Source: Mycolicibacterium smegmatis
GTDB lineage: Bacteria > Actinomycetota > Actinomycetes > Mycobacteriales > Mycobacteriaceae
DNA: 32,000 nucleotides
Direction: 5' to 3'
Assembly: GCF_001457595.1 (NCBI RefSeq)
Contig: NZ_LN831039.1
Location: 3,150,001 to 3,182,000, forward strand
Numbering within the stretch: position 1 is the stretch's first letter; the number at the start of each line of letters is the position of its first letter. Of the stretch, positions 8,541 through 20,528 are shown piece by piece. Position numbers and translations under genes: made by a program. The notes beneath the pieces are model-generated. The model ran no database searches. It was not told the origin of the DNA and saw only the letters and a program-made list of their open reading frames with translations.

Positions 8541-9170
8541 TCAGGTCATTTCCGGGACGCGCAGATGCGCGAGCACCAGCTCGAACTCGCCGACGTCGAG
8601 CTGATCGGCGCTCAGGTCCCGTAGCCGGGTCGTGCGCAGCGACCTGGCCTGATCACGGTTGTGGTCCAACGCGGCCTGGCTGTCGAAGGTGGTCGACGAG
8701 ACCGCCCGGCCCGTCGCACGGTCCAGCATGAGACTGGCGCTGCAGAAGCCTTCGAGCTCCTCCAGGGCGGGCAGCACCGAGCTGCGGTAGTACTCGATGG
8801 CTCGGTCGAACAGTTCGGGCCGGGTGCGCAGCCACGTGGCGCGCACACACGCTCCCGGTGCGCTGTACTGCTCGCGGTGCACCACGGCGATCTCCCACTC
8901 GTCCACCGTGGCGGAGGTCGCGGCGAACGCTTCGAGTGCGCGGTACCGGATCGGCGCCAGGATCGAGGCACTGGCCAACATGTCCTCCTCGGACTGCCAC
9001 GCGGAGGTGGCGATGCACCGGCCGGAGTCACGGTCGACCATGAGCGACAGGCCGACACATCCGTTCGCGATCTCCAGGGCGGGCATGACGCGTTCGCGGA
9101 TGTAGGCGATCCCCGCTTTGATGGTATGTCGGTCGGCGCGCGCCGTGATCGTGGTAGAGCGTGCGAACAC
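8541..9170 (-). CDS. Hypothetical protein with two antibiotic-biosynthesis-monooxygenase-like (dimeric alpha/beta barrel) repeats
   Basis: Start GTG 9170-9168 (VFARSTTITARADRHTIKAG...) preceded by AGGAAAGGGG; two similar halves VMPALEIANGCVGLSLMVDRDSGRCIATSAWQSEEDMLAS and VLPALEELEGFCSASLMLDRATGRAVSSTTFDSQAALDHN. Confidence 0.7.
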   Translation of the reverse strand: MFARSTTITARADRHTIKAGIAYIRERVMPALEIANGCVGLSLMVDRDSGRCIATSAWQSEEDMLASASILAPIRYRALEAFAATSATVDEWEIAVVHREQYSAPGACVRATWLRTRPELFDRAIEYYRSSVLPALEELEGFCSASLMLDRATGRAVSSTTFDSQAALDHNRDQARSLRTTRLRDLSADQLDVGEFELVLAHLRVPEMT

Positions 9171-9294
9171 GATCCACCCCTTTCCTGCCGAGGCGGCGCC
9201 CCGGTGGCGCCACCGGTCACTCCCACCATCCTCCGCGCCTTGGCGGGCGGCAGCGTTTCCGGAGAAGTCGGTCCACCTCCGTAGGCTTGGAACG

Positions 9295-9696
9295 ATGGAC
9301 AGCAATGTGATCGATGTCGACACCTCACGGCGCCGTCTGGTCGATCTGACCGATGAGGTGCGCGGATTCTGTGGTTCTCGTCGGGACGGCCTGTGCAACG
9401 TGTTCGTCCCGCACGCCACAGCGGGCCTGGCCATCATCGAGACCGGGGCGGGGTCCGACGACGACCTGGTGGACACCCTCGAGCGTCTGCTGCCCCGTGA
9501 CGACCGCTACCGGCACGCCCACGGATCGTTCGGACATGGCGCAGATCACGTCCTGCCCGCGCTCGTGTCGCCTTCGGTGACCATCCCGGTGCAGGACGGA
9601 TGCCCGCTGCTGGGAACCTGGCAGAGCATCGTGCTCGTTGACCTGAACCGGGACAACCCGCGGCGCTCGGTGCGGCTGAGCTTCCTGGGGGCCTGA
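9295..9696 (+). CDS. YjbQ family protein (UPF0047, secondary thiamine-phosphate synthase-like)
   Basis: GLCNVFVPHATAGLAIIETGAGSDDDLVDTLERLLP... HGSFGHGADHVLPALVSPSVTIPVQDGCPLLGTWQSIVLVDLNRDNPRRSVRLSF. Confidence 0.88.
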   Translation: MDSNVIDVDTSRRRLVDLTDEVRGFCGSRRDGLCNVFVPHATAGLAIIETGAGSDDDLVDTLERLLPRDDRYRHAHGSFGHGADHVLPALVSPSVTIPVQDGCPLLGTWQSIVLVDLNRDNPRRSVRLSFLGA

Positions 9697-9788
9697 TGGG
9701 GCGTCTTTCCGGCCGCTTCGGCGCGGCCTTCGGGTTCGCGCTGTTCAGGGCGAAAGCGGTGCCCGGTAATGTAAAGCGGTCGAAATAG
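9696..9788 (+). CDS. Possible 30-aa small ORF, stop-start coupled (TGATG) to the yjbQ-like gene
   Basis: ATG 9696 overlaps TGA 9694-9696; reads MGRLSGRFGAAFGFALFRAKAVPGNVKRSK, stop TAG 9786-9788. No homology evidence. Confidence 0.25.
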   Translation: MGRLSGRFGAAFGFALFRAKAVPGNVKRSK

Positions 9789-9896
9789 TCGCCGGTCCGG
9801 CAGCTGCGGGGTTGCCGGGGACCCCGTTCAGGGCCCGCCGTGACTCTTTTGACCGACGAGACCAGCAGACATCGACGACATGAGGACACGAGCAAC

Positions 9897-12587
9897 GTGC
9901 AGACACACGAGATCAGGAAGCGCTTCCTCGATCACTTCGTGAAGGCGGGCCACACCGAGGTGCCCAGTGCTTCGGTGATCCTCGACGACCCCAATCTGCT
10001 GTTCGTCAACGCGGGCATGGTGCAGTTCGTGCCCTACTTCCTCGGCCAGCGCACGCCGCCGTGGAACCGCGCGACGAGCATCCAGAAGTGCATCCGCACC
10101 CCGGACATCGACGAGGTGGGTATCACCACCCGGCACAACACGTTCTTCCAGATGGCCGGCAACTTCAGCTTCGGCGACTACTTCAAGCGTGGCGCGATCG
10201 AGTTGGCCTGGACTCTGCTGACCAACCCGGTCGAAGAGGGCGGATACGGCTTCGATCCGGAAAGGCTTTGGGCCACCGTCTATCTCGACGACGACGAGGC
10301 GATCGGGCTGTGGCAGGAGGTTGCGGGGCTGCCGGCCGAGCGCATCCAGCGCCGCGGCATGGCCGACAACTACTGGTCGATGGGCATCCCCGGGCCGTGC
10401 GGACCGTCGTCGGAGATCTACTACGACCGCGGCCCCGAATACGGCGTCGAGGGCGGCCCCGAGGCCAACGAGGACCGTTACATCGAGATCTGGAATCTCG
10501 TGTTCATGCAGAACGAGCGCGGCGAGGGCACCTCGAAGGAGGACTTCGAGATCCTCGGCCCGCTGCCCCGCAAGAACATCGACACCGGCATGGGCATCGA
10601 GCGTGTGGCGTGCCTGCTACAGGGCGTCGACAACGTCTACGAGACCGATCTGCTGCGGCCGGTGATCGACAAGGTCGCCGCGGTGGCGCCGCGCGGTTAC
10701 GGCGCGGGCAACCACGATGACGACGTGCGGTACCGGATCATCGCCGACCACACCCGCACCGCGGCGATCATCATCGCCGACGGTGTGAGCCCCGGCAACG
10801 AGGGACGCGGCTACGTGCTGCGCCGGTTGCTGCGCCGCATCATCCGGGCGGCCAAGCTGCTGGGCGTCGAACAGCCCGTCATGGGCGACCTGATCGCCAC
10901 GGTCCGCGACGCCATGGGCCCGTCGTACCCCGAGCTGGTGACCGATTTCGAGCGCATCAACCGCATCGCGGTGGCCGAGGAGACCGCGTTCAACCGCACG
11001 CTCGCATCGGGTTCGAAGCTGTTCGAGGACGCCGCGCGGGCCACCAAGAAATCCGGTGCCACGGTGCTGTCCGGTTCGGACGCGTTCACGCTGCACGACA
11101 CCTACGGGTTCCCGATCGACCTGACCCTGGAGATGGCCGCCGAGGCCGGGCTGAGCGTCGACCAGGAGGGTTTCCGCACCCTCATGGCCGAGCAGCGACA
11201 GCGCGCCAAGGCCGACGCCGCGGCACGCAAGCAGGCCCACACCGACCTGAGCGCCTACCGCGAGCTGGTTGACGCCGGGCCGACCGAATTCACCGGTTTC
11301 GATGAATTGACCTCCGAGGCAACCATTCTCGGCATCTTCGTCGACGGCAAGCGGGTACCTGTGGTGTCGCACGACGGGCTCGAGGCCGACCGGGTGGAGC
11401 TGATCCTCGACCGCACACCGTTCTACGCCGAGGCAGGCGGCCAGATCGCCGACGAGGGCACCATCAGCGGTACCGGTGCGTCGGGCACCGCGAGCGCGGC
11501 CGTCACCGACGTGCAGAAGATCGCCAGGACGCTGTGGGCGCACCGGGTGAACGTGGAGTCCGGTGAGTTCGTCGAGGGCGACACCGTCACCGCGGCCGTT
11601 GATCCCAAGTGGCGCCGCGGTGCGACACAGGGACACTCCGGCACCCACATGGTGCACGCCGCGCTGCGCGAGGTGCTCGGCCCCAACGCCGTTCAGGCCG
11701 GTTCGCTGAACCGCCCGGGCTACCTGCGGTTCGACTTCAACTGGCAGGGCCCGCTCAGCGACGACCAGCGCACACAGATAGAAGAGGTCACCAACCAGGC
11801 CGTCGAGGCCGACTACGAGGTGCACACCTTCGTCACCGAACTGGAGAAGGCCAAGGCCATGGGTGCCATGGCGATGTTCGGCGAGCGCTATCCCGACCAG
11901 GTTCGCGTGGTCGAGATCGGCGGGCCGTTCTCGCTGGAGCTGTGCGGTGGCACCCACGTGCACAATTCGGCGCAGATCGGCCCGGTGACGATCCTCGGTG
12001 AGTCCTCGGTCGGCTCGGGCGTGCGCCGCGTCGAGGCCTACGTCGGCCTCGACTCGTTCCGCCACCTGGCCAAGGAACGTGCGCTGATGGCGGGCCTTGC
12101 GTCGAGCCTCAAGGTGCCCTCGGAAGAGGTGCCCGCCCGCGTCGCCAACCTCGTCGAGCGCCTCAAGGCCGCCGAGAAGGAACTCGACCGCATGCGTCTG
12201 GCCAACGCCAGGGCCGCCGCGGTGAACGCCGTGGCGGGCGCCGAGACCGTCGGCAAGGTCCGATTGGTGGCGCAGCGGATGTCCGGCGGGATGTCGGCCA
12301 ACGATCTGCGCAGCCTGGTCGGCGACATCCGCGGCAAGCTCGGGTCCGAGCCCGCCGTGGTGGCGCTGATCGCTGAGGGCGAGAACGACGCCGTGCCGTT
12401 CGTGGTCGCGGTCAACCCGGCCGCGCAGGATCTCGGGCTGCGCGCCAACGACTTGGTCAAGCAGTTCGCGGCGCCGGTCAACGGCCGCGGCGGGGGGAAA
12501 GCCGATCTGGCACAGGGTTCCGGTAAGGGGGCGGCGGGTATCGACGCGGCATTGGCCGCGCTGCGCGCCGAGATCGGCCGGAGCTAG
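9897..12587 (+). CDS. alaS: Alanine--tRNA ligase
   Basis: [50 protein letters not shown]..; [14 protein letters not shown] and [13 protein letters not shown] editing motifs; C-terminal DHHA1 region. GTG 9897 preferred over the 9840 start. Confidence 0.97.
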   Translation: MQTHEIRKRFLDHFVKAGHTEVPSASVILDDPNLLFVNAGMVQFVPYFLGQRTPPWNRATSIQKCIRTPDIDEVGITTRHNTFFQMAGNFSFGDYFKRGAIELAWTLLTNPVEEGGYGFDPERLWATVYLDDDEAIGLWQEVAGLPAERIQRRGMADNYWSMGIPGPCGPSSEIYYDRGPEYGVEGGPEANEDRYIEIWNLVFMQNERGEGTSKEDFEILGPLPRKNIDTGMGIERVACLLQGVDNVYETDLLRPVIDKVAAVAPRGYGAGNHDDDVRYRIIADHTRTAAIIIADGVSPGNEGRGYVLRRLLRRIIRAAKLLGVEQPVMGDLIATVRDAMGPSYPELVTDFERINRIAVAEETAFNRTLASGSKLFEDAARATKKSGATVLSGSDAFTLHDTYGFPIDLTLEMAAEAGLSVDQEGFRTLMAEQRQRAKADAAARKQAHTDLSAYRELVDAGPTEFTGFDELTSEATILGIFVDGKRVPVVSHDGLEADRVELILDRTPFYAEAGGQIADEGTISGTGASGTASAAVTDVQKIARTLWAHRVNVESGEFVEGDTVTAAVDPKWRRGATQGHSGTHMVHAALREVLGPNAVQAGSLNRPGYLRFDFNWQGPLSDDQRTQIEEVTNQAVEADYEVHTFVTELEKAKAMGAMAMFGERYPDQVRVVEIGGPFSLELCGGTHVHNSAQIGPVTILGESSVGSGVRRVEAYVGLDSFRHLAKERALMAGLASSLKVPSEEVPARVANLVERLKAAEKELDRMRLANARAAAVNAVAGAETVGKVRLVAQRMSGGMSANDLRSLVGDIRGKLGSEPAVVALIAEGENDAVPFVVAVNPAAQDLGLRANDLVKQFAAPVNGRGGGKADLAQGSGKGAAGIDAALAALRAEIGRS

Positions 12588-12593
12588 TTTCAC

Positions 12594-13106
12594 ATGGGCA
12601 CCGACGACAGGCTGCCTGACCGTCCCGGAGCGGACGATCCAGGCCGCGGTCGCCGGATCGGCATCGACGTGGGCACCGTCCGCATCGGCGTCGCCTCCAG
12701 CGATCCCGACGGCATCCTCGCCACCCCGGTGGAGACCGTCGCGCGGGACAAACGCGACAAGACCGGCAAGCACGTGCGCCGGCTCGCGGCGCTGGTGAAG
12801 GAGTACGAAGCCGTCGAGGTGATCGTCGGTCTGCCACGGACACTTGGTGATCGGGCCAGTGCGTCGGCCCACGACGCGGTCGACGTGGCCGAGCAACTCG
12901 CCCGCCGGATCGCCCCCACACCGGTGCGGCTGGCCGACGAGCGGCTCACTACTGTGTCAGCACAACGATCGTTGCGTGAAGCAGGAGTACGGGCAAGAGG
13001 ACAGAAAGCCGTGATCGACCAGGTCGCCGCAGTCGGGATTCTGCAAGGCTGGCTCGATCAGCGGCGCGCGGCGCTGGCCGCACGCAGAGAGGGCACGGAT
13101 GGCTGA
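12594..13106 (+). CDS. ruvX: YqgF/RuvX family putative Holliday junction resolvase
   Basis: [82 protein letters not shown]. Confidence 0.9.
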   Translation: MGTDDRLPDRPGADDPGRGRRIGIDVGTVRIGVASSDPDGILATPVETVARDKRDKTGKHVRRLAALVKEYEAVEVIVGLPRTLGDRASASAHDAVDVAEQLARRIAPTPVRLADERLTTVSAQRSLREAGVRARGQKAVIDQVAAVGILQGWLDQRRAALAARREGTDG

Positions 13107-14343
13107 GGACTGGGGTGCCGAACGAGCGAGGCCTGTCGCCGTCGGCCCACCGCGGCGCGGGCTGAGCCGGGCCGAGCGGGCACGCAAGGCCCGCAACGAC
13201 CGCAAGCGCCGCCTCGCGCGGGCGCTCTCGCTGGCGCTGCTGATCGTGGTGGCTGTCGGGGCGGTGTTCCTCGGTTCCAAGCTGTGGCACAGCATGTCCG
13301 GATCCACCAGCGACTACGCCGGTGACGGCGTGGCCGACGTGGTGATCCAGGTACACGACGGCGACTCCACCACCGCGATCGGCGAGACGCTGGTGGAGAA
13401 GAACGTGATCGCGACGGTCAAGTCGTTCGTGGAGGCCGCGCAGGGCAACGACGCCATCTCGGCGATCCAGCCCGGCTTCTACAAGGTGCGCACCGAGATC
13501 CCCGCCGCCAATGCCGTTGAACGGCTTTCCGATCCGGAGAACCGCGTCGGCAAGCTGACGATCCCCGAAGGACGCCAGCTCGACGACATCGCGGACGTGA
13601 AGACCAACGACGTCACCGCGGGCATCCTCAGCCTGATCTCGCAGGCGTCGTGCGTCGAACTCGACGGCGAGAAGCGTTGTGTGCCGGTCGAAGACCTGCG
13701 CGCGGCCGCAGGTGCCACGCCTGCCGCGGCGCTCGCGGTGCCGTCGTGGGCGACGCAGCCCGTCGCGGCCATGGGCGACGACCACCGCCGCCTGGAAGGC
13801 CTGATCGCACCGGGCACCTGGAACATCGACCCCGACGCCTCGGCACAGGACATCCTGTCGAACCTGATCGCGGCGAGTTCGGCGGTGTACACGCAGAGCG
13901 GTCTGCTCGACACGGCCGCCGCGATGAAGATGTCGCCGTACGAGATCCTCACGGTCGCCTCACTGGTGCAGCGCGAATCCAAACCGCAGGATTTCTCGAA
14001 GGTCTCGCGCGTGATCTACAACCGGCTGGCCGAGCACCGCAAGCTCGAATTCGACTCGACGGTGAACTATTCGCTGGACCGCCAGGAGATCGCGACCACC
14101 GACGCCGACCGCGCGCAGGTGACCCCGTGGAACACCTACGCCTCCGAGGGGCTTCCGCGCACGCCGATCTGCTCCCCGGGCATCGACGCGCTGGGCTCCG
14201 CCGAGCACCCCGAGCCGGGGGACTGGCTGTACTTCGTGACCATCGACATGCAGGGCACGACACTGTTCACACGCGACTACGACCAGCACCTGGCCAACAT
14301 CGAGATCGCCCAACGCAATGGTGTCCTCGACAGTGCCAGGTAG
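13099..14343 (+). CDS. mltG: Endolytic transglycosylase MltG (YceG-like)
   Basis: Basic cytoplasmic N-terminus plus TM ([19 protein letters not shown]); [27 protein letters not shown]; [30 protein letters not shown]. Confidence 0.92.
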   Translation: MAEDWGAERARPVAVGPPRRGLSRAERARKARNDRKRRLARALSLALLIVVAVGAVFLGSKLWHSMSGSTSDYAGDGVADVVIQVHDGDSTTAIGETLVEKNVIATVKSFVEAAQGNDAISAIQPGFYKVRTEIPAANAVERLSDPENRVGKLTIPEGRQLDDIADVKTNDVTAGILSLISQASCVELDGEKRCVPVEDLRAAAGATPAAALAVPSWATQPVAAMGDDHRRLEGLIAPGTWNIDPDASAQDILSNLIAASSAVYTQSGLLDTAAAMKMSPYEILTVASLVQRESKPQDFSKVSRVIYNRLAEHRKLEFDSTVNYSLDRQEIATTDADRAQVTPWNTYASEGLPRTPICSPGIDALGSAEHPEPGDWLYFVTIDMQGTTLFTRDYDQHLANIEIAQRNGVLDSAR

Positions 14344-15163
14344 GCGGCCCGCCGCTCCAGGCGAGCCGCGCAAGGCCGCAGTCCTCGGCTCACCGATCGC
14401 CCATTCGCGTTCTCCGCAGCTCCATCTGGCGGCCTACCGGGCACTGGGCCTGACGGACTGGACCTACGAGCGCATCGAGTGCACGGCCGAGCAACTCCCC
14501 GGCCTGGTGGAGGCCGCCGGCCCCGAGTGGGTGGGTTTCTCGGTGACCATGCCGGGCAAGTTCGCCGCGCTGCAGTTCGCCGATCAGCGCACCGACCGCG
14601 CGGAACTGGTCGGCTCGGCCAACACCCTGGTGCGCACCGAGGCCGGCGGCTGGCGCGCCGACAACACCGACGTCGACGGTGTGGCAGGCGCCCTCGGCAC
14701 CGCCGGTGAGGCCGCGCTCGTGATCGGCTCGGGCGGCACCGCGCCCGCCGCGGTGGTCGGCCTCGCCGAGATGGGCGTACAGCACATCACGATCGTGGCC
14801 CGCAACGCCGACAAGGCCGCCGCGCTGGTCGACCTCGCAGGCCGCTGCGGTGCACAGGGCGACTGGTGTGACATCGCCGGGCCCGCGCTCACCGACGCGG
14901 TCGCGCAGGCAAGCGCGGCCGTCAGCACCATCCCCGCCGACGCCGCCGCGGGCTACGCGCCCACCCTGGCGGCGGTGCCCCGGTTGCTCGACGCGATCTA
15001 CAACCCGTGGCCGACGCCGTTGGCCACCGCGGTGCAGGCCGCGGGCGGCGAGGTGATCAGCGGGCTGCAGATGCTGTTGAACCAGGCCTACAGCCAGGTC
15101 GAGCTGTTCACCGGCAGGCCCGCTCCCAAAGAGGCGATGAGGGCGGCACTCGAGGAGCCTTAG
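14318..15163 (+). CDS. aroE: Shikimate dehydrogenase
   Basis: AAVLGSPIAHSRSPQLHLAAYRALGL; GFSVTMPGKFAALQFAD; ALVIGSGGTAPAAVVGLAEMG; IYNPWPTPLATAVQAAGGEVISGLQMLLNQA. Exact start could be ATG 14318 or GTG 14321; overlaps mltG. Confidence 0.92.
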   Translation: MVSSTVPGRRPAAPGEPRKAAVLGSPIAHSRSPQLHLAAYRALGLTDWTYERIECTAEQLPGLVEAAGPEWVGFSVTMPGKFAALQFADQRTDRAELVGSANTLVRTEAGGWRADNTDVDGVAGALGTAGEAALVIGSGGTAPAAVVGLAEMGVQHITIVARNADKAAALVDLAGRCGAQGDWCDIAGPALTDAVAQASAAVSTIPADAAAGYAPTLAAVPRLLDAIYNPWPTPLATAVQAAGGEVISGLQMLLNQAYSQVELFTGRPAPKEAMRAALEEP

Positions 15164-15172
15164 CCTCGGACG

Positions 15173-15616
15173 ATGGGGCTGTCCTCAGGCGCGCTGGGTG
15201 CCGTCGCCGTCGTCGCGGCCGCGTGGTTGATCGCGCTGTCCGGATACGACCTGCGCCTGCGCCGCCTGCCGAACTGGCTCACGGTGCCCGGCGCGGTGCT
15301 CATCCTCGTCGGCGCCACCCTGGCAGGCCGGGGCGCTGCCGCGCTGGCCGGCGCCGCCGCGCTGAGCGCGCTGTACCTCGTCGTGCACCTCGTGTCGCCG
15401 CGATCGCTCGGCGGAGGCGACGTCAAGCTCGCGGTCGGTCTCGGTGCGCTGACCGGGATGTTCGGGGCCGACGTCTGGTGGCTGGCGGCGCTGGGGGCGC
15501 CGCTGCTGACCGGTGTGGTGGCGCTCGGCGCCGCGCTCCGCGGTGCCACGACAGTCCCGCACGGGCCGTCGATGTGTGTGGCCTCGGCCGTGGCCGTGGG
15601 CCTGGTCCTGCTGTGA
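15173..15616 (+). CDS. A24 family prepilin peptidase (short, catalytic membrane domain only)
   Basis: SGYDLRLRRLPNWLTVPG (D near TM1), SLGGGDVKLAVGLGALTG (GGGDxK variant of GxGD), multiple TM helices. Confidence 0.85.
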   Translation: MGLSSGALGAVAVVAAAWLIALSGYDLRLRRLPNWLTVPGAVLILVGATLAGRGAAALAGAAALSALYLVVHLVSPRSLGGGDVKLAVGLGALTGMFGADVWWLAALGAPLLTGVVALGAALRGATTVPHGPSMCVASAVAVGLVLL

Positions 15617-15692
15617 ACCTTCACCGAAGCCAGGTGCTAGCCCGGTGAAAGGCCCGGTTGATACGGATTTCTTTCCGCAAAACCCGGCGTGG

Positions 15693-15698
15693 GAGAAT
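15693..15698 (+). promoter_or_regulatory. Candidate degenerate -10 hexamer GAGAAT 7 nt before the aroC GTG
   Basis: GAGAATgacacccGTG; same spacing as leaderless promoters, but the first base departs from TANNNT. Confidence 0.25.
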
Positions 15699-15705
15699 GA
15701 CACCC

Positions 15706-16904
15706 GTGTTGCGTTGGACCACAGCTGGTGAATCCCACGGCCGCGCCCTGGTGGCCATGCTCGAAGGGATGGTCGCCGGCGTGCCCATCACTTCTGAGGA
15801 GATCGGGGCACAGCTCAAGCGGCGCCGCCTCGGCTACGGCCGTGGCGCCCGGATGAAGTTCGAACAGGACCAGGTCACGATGCTGGCCGGGGTCAGGCAC
15901 GGCCTCACACTGGGCGGCCCCATCGCGATCGAGATCGGCAACACCGAATGGCCCAAGTGGGAGAGCGTGATGTCTCCCGACCCGGTCGACCCGGCCGATC
16001 TGGACGTCGCGCGCAACGCCCCGCTCACGCGGCCACGCCCCGGCCACGCCGACTACGCGGGCATGCTCAAGTACGGCTTCGACGACGCGCGTCCGGTGCT
16101 CGAACGTGCCAGCGCCCGCGAGACCGCCGCGCGTGTGGCCGCGGGCACCGTGGCCCGGGCGTTCCTGCGTGAGGCCCTCGGCGTCGAGGTGCTCTCGCAC
16201 GTCATCTCCATCGGCGCGTCGAAGCCCTACGACGGCCCGGCGCCACAGTTCAGCGACCTGTCCGCGATCGACGACAGCCCCGTGCGCGCGTTCGACAAGG
16301 CCTCCGAGGAACTCATGATCGCCGAGATCGAGGCCGCCAAGCGTGACGGCGACACCCTCGGCGGTGTCGTCGAGGTCGTCGCCGACGGCCTGCCGGTGGG
16401 GCTCGGCTCGTTCACCAGCGGCGAGAACCGCCTCGACAGCCAGCTGGCCGCGGCCGTGATGGGCATCCAGGCGATCAAGGGCGTCGAGATCGGCGACGGT
16501 TTCGAGACCGCGCGCCGCCGCGGCTCCGTCGCACACGACGAGATGTATCCCGGACCCGACGGCGTGGTGCGCTCGACGAACCGCGCGGGTGGTCTGGAGG
16601 GCGGTATGACCAACGGGCAGCCGCTGCGGGTGCGTGCCGCGATGAAGCCCATCTCGACCGTGCCGCGCGCGCTGGCCACCGTCGACATGACCAGCGGCGA
16701 GGAGGCCGTCGCGATCCACCAGCGCTCGGATGTGTGCGCGGTGCCCGCCGCCGGTGTGGTCGTCGAGACCATGGTGGCGCTGGTGCTCGCGCGCGCCGCG
16801 CTGGAGAAGTTCGGTGGGGATTCACTGGCCGAGACCCGCGCCAACATCGATTCCTACCTGCGGGCCGTCGCCGAACGCGAACCGGCGGCGCAGGCTTCGA
16901 GCTG

Positions 16905-16905
<1 letters not shown>
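15706..16905 (+). CDS. aroC: Chorismate synthase
   Basis: [28 protein letters not shown]; [15 protein letters not shown]; SGRENxx-type [19 protein letters not shown]; THRAGG-type [26 protein letters not shown]. Confidence 0.96.
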
Positions 16906-18711
<1,806 letters not shown>

Positions 18712-18757
18712 GTCCCGCGCCACCACAACAACTCTCGTTTGTGAAGCTGAGCCCGGA

Positions 18758-19333
18758 TCAGCTCTGACGCGGCTGGTCCGGATTCTCCAGCGGTGTGGTC
18801 TGCGTCGTGTCGGTGTGCTCCTGCGCCCCGTTGGCGCTCACCGCGGCGAACACGTCGGTGTCGGCGCGGTCGTCATCGGCGGCCAGTCCGTGGCGGGTGC
18901 GCGTGACCGGCGGGGCCTTGCGGTCGATCGTCCAGCGGCCGATGGTCACGCCCGCGACGGCCACCAGGAACGTCAGCAGCGCCGTGAAGGCGGCGAAGGT
19001 GGTGATCTCGTTCAGCAGCGACTCGGTGTAGATGCTCTTGTAGAACAGCCCGATGAACCACGACACCGCGCCGCTGAGGATGCCCGCGGCCAGGCCGGCC
19101 AGAAGCCACGTCATCGCCAGGTCGGCGCGGCGATCCGGATCGGGGTTGCTGCGCGCGTCGCCGCGACCGTCGAGGACGCCCCAGACCGCGACGCCGATCG
19201 CGTACAGGACCAGCAGTCCCGTGCTGAACCAGATGGCGTTGCCCGGGGACGCGTTGACCAGTGCGCCCTGTAGCAGGCGCACGATCACCATCGCCGTTGC
19301 GAACACCACTCCGCGCAGTAACCACTTGCTCAT
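18758..19333 (-). CDS. Putative four-helix membrane protein (B-4DMT-like, Rv2536-like)
   Basis: MSKWLLRGVVFATAMVIVRLLQGALVNASPGNAIWFSTGLLVLYAIGVAVWG.. ; four hydrophobic segments; convergent to aroB as in M. tuberculosis (synteny from memory). Confidence 0.65.
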   Translation of the reverse strand: MSKWLLRGVVFATAMVIVRLLQGALVNASPGNAIWFSTGLLVLYAIGVAVWGVLDGRGDARSNPDPDRRADLAMTWLLAGLAAGILSGAVSWFIGLFYKSIYTESLLNEITTFAAFTALLTFLVAVAGVTIGRWTIDRKAPPVTRTRHGLAADDDRADTDVFAAVSANGAQEHTDTTQTTPLENPDQPRQS

Positions 19334-19366
19334 GGGGGCACAGCGTAGCGAGTAGCGTCACACATC

Positions 19367-20503
19367 GTGACTATTTCCCAGCGCAGGGAGCGGCTACGGC
19401 AGCGCCTGGCTGCCGCGGATCTCGACGCCATGCTCGTGACCGACCTGGTCAACGTGCGTTACCTCTCCGGATTCACCGGATCCAATGCGGCGCTGCTCGT
19501 CCGTGTCGACGACGCCACGCCGGTACTGGCCACAGACGGGCGCTACCGCACCCAGGCGGCCCAGCAGGCGCCTGACGCCGAAGTCGTCATCGAGCGGGCC
19601 TGTGGGCCGCATCTGGCGGCACGTGCGGCGGCCGACGGGGTGCGCCGGCTCGGTTTCGAGAGCCACGTCGTGACCGTGGAGGCCCACTCGGCGCTGTCCG
19701 AGGCGGCAGGTGACAAGGTCGAGCTGGTGCGCGCCGCGGGCACCGTCGAGGCGCTGCGGGAGGTCAAGGACGCCGGCGAGATCGCGATGCTGCGGCTGGC
19801 GTGCGAGGCCGCCGACGCCGCACTGACCGATCTGGTGGAGCGCGGCGGGCTGCGCCCGGGGCGTACCGAGAAAGAGGTGCGACGCGACCTGGAGTCGCTC
19901 ATGCTCGACCACGGCGCCGACGGCCCGTCGTTCGAGACGATCGTGGCGACCGGCGCCAACTCGGCGATCCCGCACCACCGGCCCACCGACGCGGTCCTGG
20001 CGACCGGCGACTTCGTCAAGATCGACTTCGGCGCGCTGGTCTCGGGTTACCACTCCGACATGACCCGCACGTTCATCCTGGGCCGCGCCGAGCAGTGGCA
20101 ACTCGACCTGTACGAGCTGGTCGCGACCTCCCAGGCGGCGGGCCGCGAAGCCCTGGCGGCCGGGGTCGAGCTCAGGGCCGTCGACGCGGCCTCACGTCAG
20201 GTGATCATCGACGCCGGGTACGGTGACCACTTCAACCACGGTCTCGGCCACGGCGTGGGGCTGCAGATCCACGAAGCGCCGGGACTCAACTCTGCCGCCG
20301 CCGGTACACTGCTTGCTGGCTCTGCGGTGACCGTGGAGCCTGGTGTGTACCTGCCGGGCCGCGGCGGTGTCCGGATCGAGGACACACTGGTGGTGCCCGG
20401 CGGTGAAAGCGCCGAGGGTGTCGTGGACAGATTCGCGCACAACATCAGCGACGCCGCACCTGAACTGCTTACCCGGTTCCCCAAGGAACTGGCCATCGTG
20501 TGA
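19367..20503 (+). CDS. pepQ: M24 family Xaa-Pro peptidase/aminopeptidase
   Basis: [15 protein letters not shown]; [21 protein letters not shown]; [19 protein letters not shown]; [21 protein letters not shown] metal-ligand motifs. Confidence 0.93.
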   Translation: MTISQRRERLRQRLAAADLDAMLVTDLVNVRYLSGFTGSNAALLVRVDDATPVLATDGRYRTQAAQQAPDAEVVIERACGPHLAARAAADGVRRLGFESHVVTVEAHSALSEAAGDKVELVRAAGTVEALREVKDAGEIAMLRLACEAADAALTDLVERGGLRPGRTEKEVRRDLESLMLDHGADGPSFETIVATGANSAIPHHRPTDAVLATGDFVKIDFGALVSGYHSDMTRTFILGRAEQWQLDLYELVATSQAAGREALAAGVELRAVDAASRQVIIDAGYGDHFNHGLGHGVGLQIHEAPGLNSAAAGTLLAGSAVTVEPGVYLPGRGGVRIEDTLVVPGGESAEGVVDRFAHNISDAAPELLTRFPKELAIV

Positions 20504-20528
20504 CAGAAAGCTAGGAGCTACACCGACC

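Noticed and set aside
9171-9476. N-terminal extension of the ORF 8541..9476 (minus strand)
   Set aside because: It would overlap the divergent yjbQ-like gene, and a good Shine-Dalgarno sits before GTG 9170.
9697-9896. Possible T-box riboswitch upstream of alaS
   Set aside because: I could not find a T-box bulge sequence (UGGN within a GGU-type consensus) or a terminator/antiterminator pair. Only a candidate promoter and a small ORF are visible.
10617-12896. 759-aa minus-strand ORF opposite alaS/ruvX
   Set aside because: Shadow ORF antisense to alaS and ruvX; composition typical of reverse-frame translation in high-GC DNA.
18738-18760. Small palindrome AGCTGA...TCAGCT after aroB
   Set aside because: Only 6 bp with a 7-nt spacer and no T-run; too weak to call as a terminator.
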